From the NCBI GenBank assembly GCA_945285915.1, contig CALYQL010000010.1, positions 9,104-73,103 of the forward strand: a stretch of DNA of 64,000 nucleotides, in the 5' to 3' direction. Position numbers and translations under genes: made by a program. Under the pieces are notes generated by a model. It saw only the letters and a program-made list of their open reading frames with translations, was not told the DNA's origin and did no database searches. The DNA comes from an uncultured Bartonella sp. (GTDB lineage Bacteria > Pseudomonadota > Alphaproteobacteria > Rhizobiales > Rhizobiaceae). This document shows positions 48,204 through 58,671 of this stretch, piece by piece (position 1 is the stretch's first letter; each line of letters opens with the position of its first letter).

Positions 48204-49604
48204 TTATTCCATAGCTTTGACAATGCTCTCAACCATCTTTTTGGCATCGCCAAAAAGCATCATTGTGTTGTCATGGAAAAACAGTTCGTTTTCGACACCT
48301 GAATAGCCTGTTCCCATACCACGCTTGAGGAACAGCACAGTGCCTGCCTTGGATACATCTAGAATAGGCATACCAAAAATTGGCGAAGATGGATCCGTTT
48401 TGGCAGCAGGATTGGTGACGTCATTCGCACCAATCACAAAGGCCACATCGGCAGTCGCAAACTCTGAATTGATGTCATCAAGTTCAAAAACTTCATCATA
48501 AGGCACATTAGCTTCCGCCAATAAAACATTCATATGCCCAGGCATACGACCTGCTACCGGATGGATCGCATATTTGATTTCAACACCATTTTCTTTAAGC
48601 TTATCGGCCATTTCACGTAGCGCGTGTTGGGCTTGTGCAACTGCCATACCGTAACCGGGAACGATGATAACTTTATTAGCATTTTTCATAATAAATGCTG
48701 CATCATCTGCTGAACCTTGTTTGACGGGGCGACGCTCAACTTCATTATGTGCTGCTGCAACGGCGCTATCGCCACCAAAGCCACCAAGAATGACAGAAAT
48801 GAACGACCGGTTCATGCCTTTACACATGATGTAGGAAAGAATAGCACCGGAAGAACCAACAAGAGCACCAGTAATGATAAGCGCCATATTGCCTAACGTA
48901 AAACCGATACCTGCCGCAGCCCAACCAGAATAGGAATTGAGCATTGACACGACAACTGGCATATCGGCACCGCCAATTGGTACAATAAGCGTAATACCAA
49001 TGACAAGTGACAGAAGGACAATAAGCCAGAAAACAAGATGGCTTTCTGTTCCAACCAAAATAGCAATCAAAACAATGATTGCTGCACCTAATGCTATGTT
49101 GATTAGGTGGCGGTTTGGCAGAATAATTGGTTTGCCAGACATCCGTCCATCAAGTTTCAAAAAGGCGATAATGGAACCAGTAAAGGTAATAGCACCGATA
49201 GCGACGCCTAATGCCATTTCGACAAGCGCACGACCATGAATAGAACCAACTTCACCAATTCCGAAAGAATGTGGTGAATAGAGTGCACCGGCTGCCACCA
49301 TGACTGCGGCAAGACCCACAAGGGAATGGAAGAAGGCAACAAGTTGCGGCATTGCTGTCATTGCAATGCGACGTGCAACCACCGCGCCAATGGCACCACC
49401 AATGGCGAGGCCAATTATAATCATGACAAGACCGCCAAAACTAGGCTTTGCTAAAAGCAAAGTCGTAATAATGGCGATAGCCATACCGATCATGCCATAG
49501 GTATTACCTTTACGGCTTGTTGTCGGGTGCGAAAGTCCACGTAATGCCATGATAAACATGACACCAGAGACGAGATAAAGAAAGGCTGCAAAATTTACAC
49601 TCAT
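48204..49604 (-). CDS. pntB: NAD(P) transhydrogenase subunit beta
   Basis: The 466-aa ORF has N-terminal TM helices and a C-terminal dIII domain (VPGYGMAVAQAQH, AIHPVAGRMPGHMNVLLAEA). Confidence 0.95.
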   Translation of the reverse strand: MSVNFAAFLYLVSGVMFIMALRGLSHPTTSRKGNTYGMIGMAIAIITTLLLAKPSFGGLVMIIIGLAIGGAIGAVVARRIAMTAMPQLVAFFHSLVGLAAVMVAAGALYSPHSFGIGEVGSIHGRALVEMALGVAIGAITFTGSIIAFLKLDGRMSGKPIILPNRHLINIALGAAIIVLIAILVGTESHLVFWLIVLLSLVIGITLIVPIGGADMPVVVSMLNSYSGWAAAGIGFTLGNMALIITGALVGSSGAILSYIMCKGMNRSFISVILGGFGGDSAVAAAHNEVERRPVKQGSADDAAFIMKNANKVIIVPGYGMAVAQAQHALREMADKLKENGVEIKYAIHPVAGRMPGHMNVLLAEANVPYDEVFELDDINSEFATADVAFVIGANDVTNPAAKTDPSSPIFGMPILDVSKAGTVLFLKRGMGTGYSGVENELFFHDNTMMLFGDAKKMVESIVKAME

Positions 49605-49615
49605 GTCTTACATCC

Positions 49616-50026
49616 TTACTTTTCTTTTTTCTTATACATGGCAAGCATACGTTGCGTTACAAGAAAGCCGCCAAAAATATTTACACTAGCGAGAATAAGC
49701 GCAATAAATCCGAATGTACCTGCTAGTCCAGAGGCAGAAAGCCCGACAGCAAGTAATGCACCCACCACGATAACGGACGAGATAGCGTTTGTTACGGCCA
49801 TTAATGGCGTATGAAGCGCAGGTGTAACAGCCCAAACAACATAATAACCAACAAATATTGCCAAAACGAATATTGCCAGTTGAAAAATAAATGGGTCGAT
49901 TACACCACCACTGGCGGCATGCATGACTTGAGCGGTTGTTTCACTTAATTGGCCACTTGCCTCATGGACAGCGGCAACGGCTTGATCTAAGCCATCAAGG
50001 GCTTTGTTAAGAGCCTCGTTTGCCAT
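49616..50026 (-). CDS. pntA: NAD(P) transhydrogenase subunit alpha part 2 (membrane dII segment)
   Basis: The 136-aa ORF has four hydrophobic helices. It sits between pntAA and pntB, in the split-alpha arrangement typical of alphaproteobacteria. Confidence 0.9.
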   Translation of the reverse strand: MANEALNKALDGLDQAVAAVHEASGQLSETTAQVMHAASGGVIDPFIFQLAIFVLAIFVGYYVVWAVTPALHTPLMAVTNAISSVIVVGALLAVGLSASGLAGTFGFIALILASVNIFGGFLVTQRMLAMYKKKEK

Positions 50027-51288
50027 TATTTGGCTCCTTTATCTGTGTTTGATTTACTAATCTTTGCAGCGGTTTCAGCTTTTTGCGTATTAGCTGGTTT
50101 TGCTGCTTTTGATGCAACTTTCTTTTTGGTTGCTGTAGTATCGCTTTTCGCTGGTTTTAAATCAGCAAAAGCTGGATGCACAATTGTTCCATCATTGGTC
50201 AACAATGTTGCTTTTACCAACTCATCATTAAGATCAACAGTAAATTGTTTTGTTTCCTTGTCTGTCAAAATATCAACAAAGGCATACAGATTTCGGGCAT
50301 AAAGTTGCGATGCTGTTGCTGCAATACGACCTGCAACATTGGTGAAGCCAACAATTTTAACACCTTCAACTTCTACCACCTGATCGGCAACAGCACCTTC
50401 AACATTGCCACCACGCTCTACAGCAAGGTCAACAATGACTGAACCCGGACGCATGGATTTCAGCATGGATTTTGTTACCAAACGCGGAGCGGGACGCCCT
50501 GGAATAAGCGCAGTGGTAATGACAATATCCTGCTTGGATATATGGTCTGCCGTGAGTTCTGCTTGTTTTTTCTGATAGTCTTGCGACATTTCTTTCGCAT
50601 AACCACCAGCCGTTTCAGCAGCTTTAAATTCTTCATCCTCTACTGCTATGAATTTGGCGCCCAATGAGGCAACCTGTTCTTTTGCAGCTGGGCGCACGTC
50701 ATTGGCGGTAACAGATGCGCCTAGTCTGCGCGCTGTTGCAATTGCCTGCAAACCTGCCACACCAGCCCCCATAACAAAGACCTTGGCAGCAGGAACGGTT
50801 CCGGCAGCTGTCATCATCATTGGCAAGGCACGGTCATAATATTCCGCCGCATCAATAACGGCTTGATAACCGGCAAGATTGGCTTGAGAGGATAAAACAT
50901 CCATAGCTTGTGCACGTGTGATACGCGGCATAAACTCCATTGTAAAAGCAGTTAGTCCAGCTTTTGCGACGGAAGCGATCTCGCTTTCATGCCCATAAGG
51001 ATCAAGCATACCCATTAAAATTGCGCCTTTTTTATACAGCGCGATTTCTGCGGCTGTTGGGCGGCGTAATTTTAAAATAATGTCTGCTTTTTTCGCCTCA
51101 TTGCTTTGGACAGAAGATGCACCAGCTTCAACATAATCCTGATCGCTAATGAGAGAGTTAAGACCGGCTCCTTTTTCAACCAGCACCGTATAGCCGAGAT
51201 TAATAAGTTTTTTTACAGTTTCAGGAGAAGCTGCAACGCGTGTTTCTCCTTTGGCTGTTTCTTTGGCAACAAATATTGTTTGGCCCAA
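50026..51288 (-). CDS. pntA: NAD(P) transhydrogenase subunit alpha part 1 (dI), with a K/A/T-rich C-terminal tail
   Basis: The 420-aa ORF has an alanine-dehydrogenase-like fold motif ([20 protein letters not shown]). Its TAA stop shares one nt with the pntAB ATG. Confidence 0.95.
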   Translation of the reverse strand: MGQTIFVAKETAKGETRVAASPETVKKLINLGYTVLVEKGAGLNSLISDQDYVEAGASSVQSNEAKKADIILKLRRPTAAEIALYKKGAILMGMLDPYGHESEIASVAKAGLTAFTMEFMPRITRAQAMDVLSSQANLAGYQAVIDAAEYYDRALPMMMTAAGTVPAAKVFVMGAGVAGLQAIATARRLGASVTANDVRPAAKEQVASLGAKFIAVEDEEFKAAETAGGYAKEMSQDYQKKQAELTADHISKQDIVITTALIPGRPAPRLVTKSMLKSMRPGSVIVDLAVERGGNVEGAVADQVVEVEGVKIVGFTNVAGRIAATASQLYARNLYAFVDILTDKETKQFTVDLNDELVKATLLTNDGTIVHPAFADLKPAKSDTTATKKKVASKAAKPANTQKAETAAKISKSNTDKGAK

Positions 51289-51575
51289 GTGTTGTCTCCT
51301 TTTTCATTCAGGATGCTTATTTTCTAAAACAGCGTTTTCCTTATCTACATACAATGCCGGATAACGTTTTTAAATTTTTAAAACACACTATTGTTACCGA
51401 TAAAGATGCCTTTTTTCTAGTCTTATTGTCTAAAATTTTGTTTTACCAAAAAATGCGCGACTGCGCGCACTGTTAAACTGTGCTTGAAGTCATTAAGATA
51501 TAAATGGTATTTTCCGGTCGGAATTGGTCAAATATATATGGGTTTTCAAGACAAATTTTAAAAGAGAAATAGAAA

Positions 51576-52340
51576 ATGGCATCACCTGAGAAACCTTTAA
51601 TTGCCGTACCATCAGATTGCCCTGTTTTTGATGGCTATGTTTGGCATGGTGCACCTGAGCAATATTTGAAAGCGGCATCTGATGTTGCAATGGTTACGCC
51701 CATTATTGTTCCTTCTTTAGGCCATGAAAGTGATCTCAAATCCATTCTTGCTGTGGTTGACGGTGTTTTGATAACTGGTGCAAAATCAAATGTTGAACCG
51801 CATTTATATGGAAAAAAAGCAACAGAAGAATATGAACCGTTTGATAGGGCGCGGGACACAGCATCACTTTATCTCATACGTGCAGCAATCGAAATGGGAT
51901 TACCGCTTTTAACCATATGTCGGGGAATACAGGAACTTAATGTTGCCCTTGGAGGCACACTCTCACCTGCATTGCAAAAGATTCCAGGACGGAATGATCA
52001 TCGTGCGGTAGAAACAGAAGGCAATGACCGGAAATTTGCAATTCACCAACCTGTTCATATCCATGATAATACGTGCCTTGCTGCTATCATTGGAAAGAGT
52101 GACATTTTGGTTAATTCTGTCCATCAACAGGGCATTGAAACATTGGCACCGCGTCTTGTCATGGAAGCAACAGCGCCCGATGGTACGATTGAAGGGGTGA
52201 GCGTCAAAGATGCCCAGACATTTGCGATTGGCGTGCAATGGCACCCCGAATATTGGGCAAAAACAGATGAACCATCACAGAAAATATTTAAAGCATTTGG
52301 TGACGCTGTTTATAAACACCGCGATGCGCGTAACAAATAG
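51576..52340 (+). CDS. puuD: Gamma-glutamyl-gamma-aminobutyrate hydrolase family (PuuD-like, peptidase C26 / class I amidotransferase)
   Basis: The 254-aa ORF has the nucleophile-elbow motif LLTICRGIQELNVALGG and the motif GVQWHPE. Confidence 0.8.
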   Translation: MASPEKPLIAVPSDCPVFDGYVWHGAPEQYLKAASDVAMVTPIIVPSLGHESDLKSILAVVDGVLITGAKSNVEPHLYGKKATEEYEPFDRARDTASLYLIRAAIEMGLPLLTICRGIQELNVALGGTLSPALQKIPGRNDHRAVETEGNDRKFAIHQPVHIHDNTCLAAIIGKSDILVNSVHQQGIETLAPRLVMEATAPDGTIEGVSVKDAQTFAIGVQWHPEYWAKTDEPSQKIFKAFGDAVYKHRDARNK

Positions 52341-52360
52341 GTGTTTCACAAATTAAATTG

Positions 52361-52420
52361 GCTAATATTTGCGGAGGCGCTTTGGATGCTCCCCATAGAG
52401 GCGCTCCGCAAATTATTAGC
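52361..52420. repeat. Long imperfect inverted repeat (about 19 paired positions, 20-nt loop) between convergent puuD-like and LacI genes
   Basis: GCTAATATTTGCGGAGGCGC ... GCGCTCCGCAAATTATTAGC. There are two single-nt bulges and no flanking T-run. Confidence 0.6.
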
Positions 52421-52476
52421 ATATCGTACTATCGCTATAGTGATATGATGTTTTATACCTTAGGGCAGGGTTATCT

Positions 52477-53496
52477 TTAACGATGTTTTACACGTCCGGT
52501 TGATTGGCGAATGTGTAATTCTGGTTTGATAAGATCATGTCCGTTTTTGACCTCAACACCATTAAGCAGATCAAGAAGAGCACGGGCAGCACGTCTACCA
52601 ACCTCCCTTTGACCATTCCAAACCGTGGTTAATGCTGGTGTAGCGATGGCAGCCTCTTCAAGATCGTCATATCCGGTCACAGAGATATCTTGTCCTGCAA
52701 CCAGACCTGCACGTGCAATACCATTCATTAATCCAATTGCGGTCAAATCATTAAAGCAAACAGCAGCCGTTGGCTTGTCTTTTAATGCGAGAAATTGTGG
52801 TGCAACTTCAAAGCCTGCCTGTTTTGTTCGTGGACCTTCAATGCGCCATTCAGGCTTAACCTCAAGTCCGGCAAGCTGCATTGCATGACGATATCCCTCA
52901 TAACGATCGCGTCCTGTGGAGGTATAATCTGTACCGCCTATCATCGCGATACATTTATGACCCAATGATATGAGATGGTTGGTTGCTAATGAGATACCAT
53001 AAGTATCATCACCCCGAAAAACCGGAGCGTCGACATTATCAACATGTCTAGCAACAAAAACCACAGGAAGACCATTATCTTCCGCAAGCTGGATATCTCT
53101 TTCCGGCGTACCAATGGCTGGCGACATAATGACACCATCTGCGCCCAATTGCAGCAATGTTTCAATAAAATTTCGCTGTTTATCCAATTGGTCATAATGG
53201 TTGGAAAGAATGAAGGTTTGACGGGAGCGGTCAAGTTCGGTTTCGATAGACCGCAATATTTCCGCAAAAAACGGGTTCATAATATCGTGCACAACCACCC
53301 CGACTATGCCCGAACGTGACGTACGTAAACTTGCTGCCCGACGATTATAAATATACCCAATTTGCTGGGCATATTGTTTAATGTTGTTGCGGGTGTCATC
53401 TGCAACGAGAGAGCTGTCCCGAAGCGCCAAAGAAACTGTCGCTGTTGATACGCCAAGTGCATCGGCAATAGTAGAAAGCTTGATTTTTTGTGCCAA
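52477..53496 (-). CDS. LacI-family transcriptional regulator
   Basis: The 339-aa ORF has an N-terminal HTH (KLSTIADALGVSTATVSLALR) and a periplasmic-binding-protein-like C-terminal domain. Confidence 0.9.
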   Translation of the reverse strand: MAQKIKLSTIADALGVSTATVSLALRDSSLVADDTRNNIKQYAQQIGYIYNRRAASLRTSRSGIVGVVVHDIMNPFFAEILRSIETELDRSRQTFILSNHYDQLDKQRNFIETLLQLGADGVIMSPAIGTPERDIQLAEDNGLPVVFVARHVDNVDAPVFRGDDTYGISLATNHLISLGHKCIAMIGGTDYTSTGRDRYEGYRHAMQLAGLEVKPEWRIEGPRTKQAGFEVAPQFLALKDKPTAAVCFNDLTAIGLMNGIARAGLVAGQDISVTGYDDLEEAAIATPALTTVWNGQREVGRRAARALLDLLNGVEVKNGHDLIKPELHIRQSTGRVKHR

Positions 53497-53571
53497 TTAA
53501 CTTTACCCTCCCCAGATATAGAATTGTTTTATCGTTATAATCTCTTAAAATTTTATAATATTTAAAATTAT

Positions 53572-53585
53572 TTTAAACGATTACA
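53572..53585. promoter_or_regulatory. Candidate LacI-family operator half-palindrome upstream of the LacI gene
   Basis: TTTAAACGATTACA matches 9 of 10 conserved positions of the generic TGnAAnCGnTTnCA pattern. It lies 76-89 nt upstream of the LacI start. Confidence 0.2.
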
Positions 53586-53733
53586 ATTTTATTGATGTTT
53601 GTTTTTCTAAAAATCGAAAATACTTTTTTATTTTATAAAAATTGGCCTCGCAAGTATAAAACAAGTTCAATTATGGATAAACCACGAGGCCAATTTACTT
53701 TATTGTGATAATTTGGATATTGAACAGAATTCT

Positions 53734-54303
53734 TTAGAACATTTCTGCTTTTGCATCAGGCACAAAATTTGAAGATAAAATCTGTTGTTCAATAAGACTG
53801 GCTTTAATGCGCGTCAATAAATGGATAAGCGTTAAATGTTCTTCTTCATTCAAAACAGCTAAAGCATCTTTTTCAGTATCAGCAATTGCCTTTTCAATTA
53901 ATTCGACAACTTTTTTACCATCTTTGGTAAGAAATATATGCAGTTGGCGCTGGTCTTTCTCAGAACCACGCTTGGTGACAAAACCTTGCTCTTGTAATCT
54001 TGAGATGGTTTTTGTGATTGTTGGAGGTTTTACACCTAATTGCTTGGCTAAAAAGCCTGGTGTTTGACCGTCGTCTGATGCAAGAGAAAGAATAATTCTG
54101 TCTTGCCCGGCATATAAGCCGTATTCATAAAGACGGTGCGCTAATAGAGTTTTCATCATTCTGGCCGTAGACTGGATAACATCCAGCGTCGGCATTTGTT
54201 TGTGTTCAAACATATCTGTAAAGTCTCCCCGAAGACGTTGTAAGAGTTTTGTGATTCTCTTAAATAGATTATCAAACTGATTCTCATGGTTGGCGCAAAA
54301 CAT
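53734..54303 (-). CDS. MarR-family transcriptional regulator
   Basis: The 189-aa ORF has a winged-HTH core (QTPGFLAKQLGVKPPTITKTISRLQEQGFVTKRGSEKDQRQLHIFLTKDG). The internal ATG at 54213 (MFEHKQ) would give a more typical 159 aa, so the start is uncertain. Confidence 0.85.
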   Translation of the reverse strand: MFCANHENQFDNLFKRITKLLQRLRGDFTDMFEHKQMPTLDVIQSTARMMKTLLAHRLYEYGLYAGQDRIILSLASDDGQTPGFLAKQLGVKPPTITKTISRLQEQGFVTKRGSEKDQRQLHIFLTKDGKKVVELIEKAIADTEKDALAVLNEEEHLTLIHLLTRIKASLIEQQILSSNFVPDAKAEMF

Positions 54304-54370
54304 TGCTTTTCATTGTGGTAGCTAAGAAATATAAAAGTTGTGAATAACCAATGTTTTGAAAGTTAACTCA

Positions 54371-55129
54371 ATGGAACCAACAAGATTACAACAAAACAAA
54401 ACAATCGCTATTCTTCCACTTGGTGCCCATGAATATCATGGATGTCATTTGCCAGCTGAAACAGATGCTATAATTGCTAATGCTTTTGCACAACGACTGG
54501 CAACTCAAGTTGTGGAGCATCATAAAATACTTGCTTTGCCAGTTGAAAAAGTTGGATATTCCATTGAACATGTAGAACGTTCGGTAACGCAGACACTTTC
54601 ATTTGATGAGGCCATAGAGCGCTGGATTGCTATTGGCATAGATTGTTATCAAAAAGGCATCAGGAAGTTATTGTTGCTGAATGCCCATGGTGGCAATTCG
54701 CCTCTTATGAATATTGTTATTACAGAATTACGTTGCCGATATCCTATGTTGGCGGTGGCAACGAGTTGGGGGCGATTTGGGTTGCCAGAAGGGCTTCTGT
54801 CAAAAGAAGAAAAACAATTTGATATTCATGCGGGCTTTATAGAAACATCACTTATGCTTTATTTGGCTCAAGAAAAAGTCAACATGGAAAAGGCAGAGAA
54901 CTTTTCCAATAAACAGGAAGAATTTATCAATAAATATAAATATTTACGGGCTTATGGACCTTTTGCTTTCGGCTGGAAGATGCGTGATCTTAATCCCAAA
55001 GGCGCTGCCGGTAATGCTGCAAAAGCCAATGTAAAGGCTGGTGAATTGATATTCAATCACACAATGCAAGGACTAACAGGATTGCTTGCGGACATGGCAT
55101 GCTTTAATCTCGATCAATTCGAAGAATAA
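54371..55129 (+). CDS. Creatininase-family amidohydrolase
   Basis: The ORF track gives 54356..55129 with a TTG start. The first ATG is at 54371. Motifs include LPLGAHEYHGCHLPAETD, LNAHGGN and HAGFIETS. Confidence 0.85.
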   Translation: MEPTRLQQNKTIAILPLGAHEYHGCHLPAETDAIIANAFAQRLATQVVEHHKILALPVEKVGYSIEHVERSVTQTLSFDEAIERWIAIGIDCYQKGIRKLLLLNAHGGNSPLMNIVITELRCRYPMLAVATSWGRFGLPEGLLSKEEKQFDIHAGFIETSLMLYLAQEKVNMEKAENFSNKQEEFINKYKYLRAYGPFAFGWKMRDLNPKGAAGNAAKANVKAGELIFNHTMQGLTGLLADMACFNLDQFEE

Positions 55130-55215
55130 AGTGTTTTGCAGAAAGCTGGAAAAAATAGTCTTTATTGCTTATATCGAAGAATATTTAAAAATCCTATTCG
55201 TGGAAAGGTCGTGCT

Positions 55216-56322
55216 ATGAGCGAGACTGAAAAACCATCACACAAAATACCGGTTACTGTTCTTACAGGTTATCTTGGCGCGGGTAAAACTACGCTGCTTA
55301 ACCGCATACTAACGGAAAATCATGGCAAGCGCTATGCGGTGATTGTGAATGAGTTTGGTGAAATTGGTATTGATAATGATTTGATCGTTGAATCCGACGA
55401 AGAAATCTATGAAATGAATAACGGTTGCATTTGCTGCACCGTACGCGGCGATCTTATTCGTGTCGTTGAGGGATTGATGCGCCGTCCTGGTCGATTTGAC
55501 GGAATTATCGTTGAGACAACGGGATTAGCTGATCCGGTTCCTGTGGCGCAGACATTTTTTATGGATGACGATGTAAGAGCGAAATCACAACTTGATGCTG
55601 TGATTGCTCTTGTTGATGCAAAACATCTACCTTTACGCTTGAAAGATAGTAGAGAAGCGGAAGACCAAATAGCTTTTGCAGATGTTGTGCTTTTAAACAA
55701 AACAGATTTAGTGACAGCTCAGGAACTTGCCGATGTCGAAGCGACAGTGCGTGCCATTAATCCAGGTGCAGTCATTTACCGCACAAAACGCGCCGATGTC
55801 GATTTAAGCAAAATTCTTGATCGGGGATCTTTCGATCTTCAACGTGCTTTGGATAATGACCCGCATTTTCTGGAAATTGATGAAGAAGACGACCATGTGT
55901 GTGGGCCAGATTGCGATCATGAACACCATCACCACCATGACCATGAACATCATCATCACCATGACCATGAAGATGGTGACCATCATCATGGTCACGACCA
56001 TGAGCATGTTCACGGTGCAGCCCTTCATGACGTTACGGTGAAATCTGTTTCACTGCGCTCTGGTGAGTTGGATCCGGCAAAGTTTTTTCCTTGGATTCAA
56101 CAATTAACGCAACAGCAAGGGCCTAATATTTTGCGGTTGAAAGGTATTATCGCTTTTAAAGGTGATGAAGACCGGTACGTTGTTCAGGGCGTACATATGA
56201 TTTTGGAAGGCGATCATCAGCGTCCGTGGAAGCAGGGCGAGAAACGTGAAAGTCGTTTAGTGTTTATCGGTCGTGAGCTTGAGGAAGACAAGCTAAAGGC
56301 TGGTTTTGAAAATTGCGCTTAA
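55216..56322 (+). CDS. COG0523 (CobW/ZigA/YeiR-type) GTPase metallochaperone with His-rich insert
   Basis: The 368-aa ORF has a Walker A motif ([12 protein letters not shown]), a metal-binding CxCC motif (GCICCTV), an LNKTD motif, and a His-rich segment ([41 protein letters not shown]). Confidence 0.9.
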   Translation: MSETEKPSHKIPVTVLTGYLGAGKTTLLNRILTENHGKRYAVIVNEFGEIGIDNDLIVESDEEIYEMNNGCICCTVRGDLIRVVEGLMRRPGRFDGIIVETTGLADPVPVAQTFFMDDDVRAKSQLDAVIALVDAKHLPLRLKDSREAEDQIAFADVVLLNKTDLVTAQELADVEATVRAINPGAVIYRTKRADVDLSKILDRGSFDLQRALDNDPHFLEIDEEDDHVCGPDCDHEHHHHHDHEHHHHHDHEDGDHHHGHDHEHVHGAALHDVTVKSVSLRSGELDPAKFFPWIQQLTQQQGPNILRLKGIIAFKGDEDRYVVQGVHMILEGDHQRPWKQGEKRESRLVFIGRELEEDKLKAGFENCA

Positions 56323-56334
56323 AACGGAGTTGTT

Positions 56335-57306
56335 ATGCCAACTATAGCACATTGTGACCTTGATGCTCATTGCTTACTTGCTGGTTTTATCGATAATCAG
56401 CCGGTATTTGTCACGGCAGATGGGAAAATTACATTGCTGGGAGAAAAGCAGAAGGTTGTTGAGGCTCACGACGGCATAGCTTCTGCTGTGGTATCGAAAG
56501 ATAACAAGTCTGTTTTGACTGGCGGTGAGGATGGAAGAATTTGCCAAACGACAGCTGATGCTATTTGTGTTGAGCGAGCAAAACAATCTCATAAATGGAT
56601 TACATCAATAGCTGCTGGACCTAATGGTGCCTATGGCTTTGCATCATCACGCAAGGCATGGGCAGATGCAGGTGATGGTTTGCGTGAATTTGACCATGAA
56701 AGAAGTGTGGAAGGGTTGGCATTTGCACCAAAAGGATTACGGTTGGCTGTCGCGCGTTATAATGGTGTGACATTACACTGGTTGGGTGCAGATTCAACAC
56801 CGACTGAACTTAGCTGGAAAGGTGCCCATTTTGCGGTTACGTTTTCACCAGACAATCGTTACGTTATTTCATCAATGCAGGAAAATGCATTACATGGTTG
56901 GCGATTGAATGATGAACAACATTTACGTATGAGCGGATATCCGACAAAGGTAAAAAGTTGGTCATGGAGTGCCAAGGGAAGATGGCTTGCCACGTCTGGT
57001 GCGGCAGCAGCTATCGTATGGCCATTTCTGACAAAAGATGGCCCCATGGGGAAAGCACCCTTGGAACTCGGCACACGCGCTGATGCGATGGTTACATGTG
57101 TTTGTTGTCACCCTGAAGAAGACATGGTTGCAGCAGGTTTCAATGATGGAATGATTTTGTTTATCCGCTTTAGTGACGCAAAAGAAGTGTTATTGCGCCG
57201 CCCGGGAAAAGGTGCGATTTCTACCATGACTTGGGACGAGAAAGGCTATCGTCTGGCTTTTGGAAGTGAGAGTGGAGAAGCTGGAATTATTGATATTACG
57301 GCTTAA
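56335..57306 (+). CDS. WD40/beta-propeller repeat protein of unknown function, coupled to the COG0523 gene
   Basis: The 323-aa ORF has repeated ..H...I.S.A....G..L.TGG.DG.. and SW-type blade endings. It starts 12 nt after the COG0523 stop. Confidence 0.7.
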   Translation: MPTIAHCDLDAHCLLAGFIDNQPVFVTADGKITLLGEKQKVVEAHDGIASAVVSKDNKSVLTGGEDGRICQTTADAICVERAKQSHKWITSIAAGPNGAYGFASSRKAWADAGDGLREFDHERSVEGLAFAPKGLRLAVARYNGVTLHWLGADSTPTELSWKGAHFAVTFSPDNRYVISSMQENALHGWRLNDEQHLRMSGYPTKVKSWSWSAKGRWLATSGAAAAIVWPFLTKDGPMGKAPLELGTRADAMVTCVCCHPEEDMVAAGFNDGMILFIRFSDAKEVLLRRPGKGAISTMTWDEKGYRLAFGSESGEAGIIDITA

Positions 57307-57360
57307 ATTGGAAAGATATATTCCAATATAATCTATTCTTATGAAACAATCATATTTACA

Positions 57361-57389
57361 AAAAAGCCTCCAGAAATTGGAGGCTTTTT
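57361..57389. terminator. Bidirectional terminator between the WD40 gene and the OYE reductase gene
   Basis: AAAAAGCCTCCA-gaaat-TGGAGGCTTTTT has an A-run before it and a T-run after it. Confidence 0.85.
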
Positions 57390-57403
57390 TATTGATATAT
57401 CAT

Positions 57404-58519
57404 TTAAGACAGGATTGGATAATCCGTGTAACCTTTTTCATTACCACCATATAAAGTGGTTTGATCCAACGCATTCCATTTTGCGTGTTCTTTGATACGG
57501 CGCACAAGATCAGGATTAGCAATAAATGGACGTCCAAACGAAACAATGTCGGCATATCCAGATTTGACAGCCTGTTCTGCCATATCGGCTGTGTAGCCAT
57601 TATTTACCATCCATGCACCATTACCGCCTGCGTCGCGATAGACATGTTTCAAGCGTTGATAGTCAAATGGATATTTGGCTTCATTATAGTTTCTGTCACC
57701 ACCTGTTGATCCTTCAATGAGATGGATAAAGGCCAATTCATAGGCAGCCAAGGCATCAACAAAAAAGTCAAACAATGGTTGTGGGTCTGGGTCGTGTGCA
57801 TCATTCGCCGGTGTTACAGGTGAAATTCTAATGCCAGTGCGCCCAGAACCTATTTTTTTTGCCACAGCTTCGGCAACAAGGAGTGGAAACCGTGCCCGAT
57901 TTTCTATCGATCCACCAAATTCATCGGTTCTATGGTTGGAATTGGAACGTAAAAACTGATCTAACAAATACCCATTCGCAGCGTGAATTTCCACACCGTC
58001 AAAACCTGCAATATTAACAGCATTGTCTGCGGCTTTGCAGTAGTCTTCTATAATTCCGGGAATCTCTGCAGCTTCCAATGCGCGTGGAAGCGATGTTTCT
58101 ACGAATATACCTTTGCCCTCATCATCTTTAATGTAGGTTCTGGCTTTTGCTTGAATTGCTGATGGAGCAACGGGTGCTCCTCCATTTGGTTGTAAAGAAC
58201 TGTGCGAAATGCGTCCCGTATGCCAAAGTTGTGCTACTATTTTACCACCTGCATTATGAACTGTATCGGTTACTTTTTTCCAACCTTCCAATTGTTCTTT
58301 TTCATAAAGCCCGGGCACATCAATGTTGCCTTGCCCCTGTTGAGAAATGGCAGTTCCTTCCGAGACAATGAGCCCAGCTGTTGCACGTTGTTTATAGTAA
58401 AGGGCGGTCAAATCATCTGGAATTGCATTCAATGCCCGTGCGCGCGTTAAAGGCGCCATAGCGATACGATTTTCAAGAACAAGATCGCCTGCCTTAATCG
58501 GATCAAAAAGTGATGTCAT
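57404..58519 (-). CDS. Old-Yellow-Enzyme family NADH:flavin oxidoreductase / alkene reductase (NemA-like)
   Basis: The 371-aa ORF has the motifs MAPLTR, QLWHTGR, HAANGYLLDQFL and FGRPFIANPDL. Confidence 0.9.
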   Translation of the reverse strand: MTSLFDPIKAGDLVLENRIAMAPLTRARALNAIPDDLTALYYKQRATAGLIVSEGTAISQQGQGNIDVPGLYEKEQLEGWKKVTDTVHNAGGKIVAQLWHTGRISHSSLQPNGGAPVAPSAIQAKARTYIKDDEGKGIFVETSLPRALEAAEIPGIIEDYCKAADNAVNIAGFDGVEIHAANGYLLDQFLRSNSNHRTDEFGGSIENRARFPLLVAEAVAKKIGSGRTGIRISPVTPANDAHDPDPQPLFDFFVDALAAYELAFIHLIEGSTGGDRNYNEAKYPFDYQRLKHVYRDAGGNGAWMVNNGYTADMAEQAVKSGYADIVSFGRPFIANPDLVRRIKEHAKWNALDQTTLYGGNEKGYTDYPILS

Positions 58520-58671
58520 GGAAATGTCTCCTGAATTTGCGGCACTGTTATTCTTAACATAGGTACAGTTGTGACGATTACAAAGGTATGAAATTTAAAT
58601 TTTGTATATCGACTGAATTAAGGTTGCCTTATCAATTATGATCCGTAAGGTCAGTCGAAATTTCGAATCTG

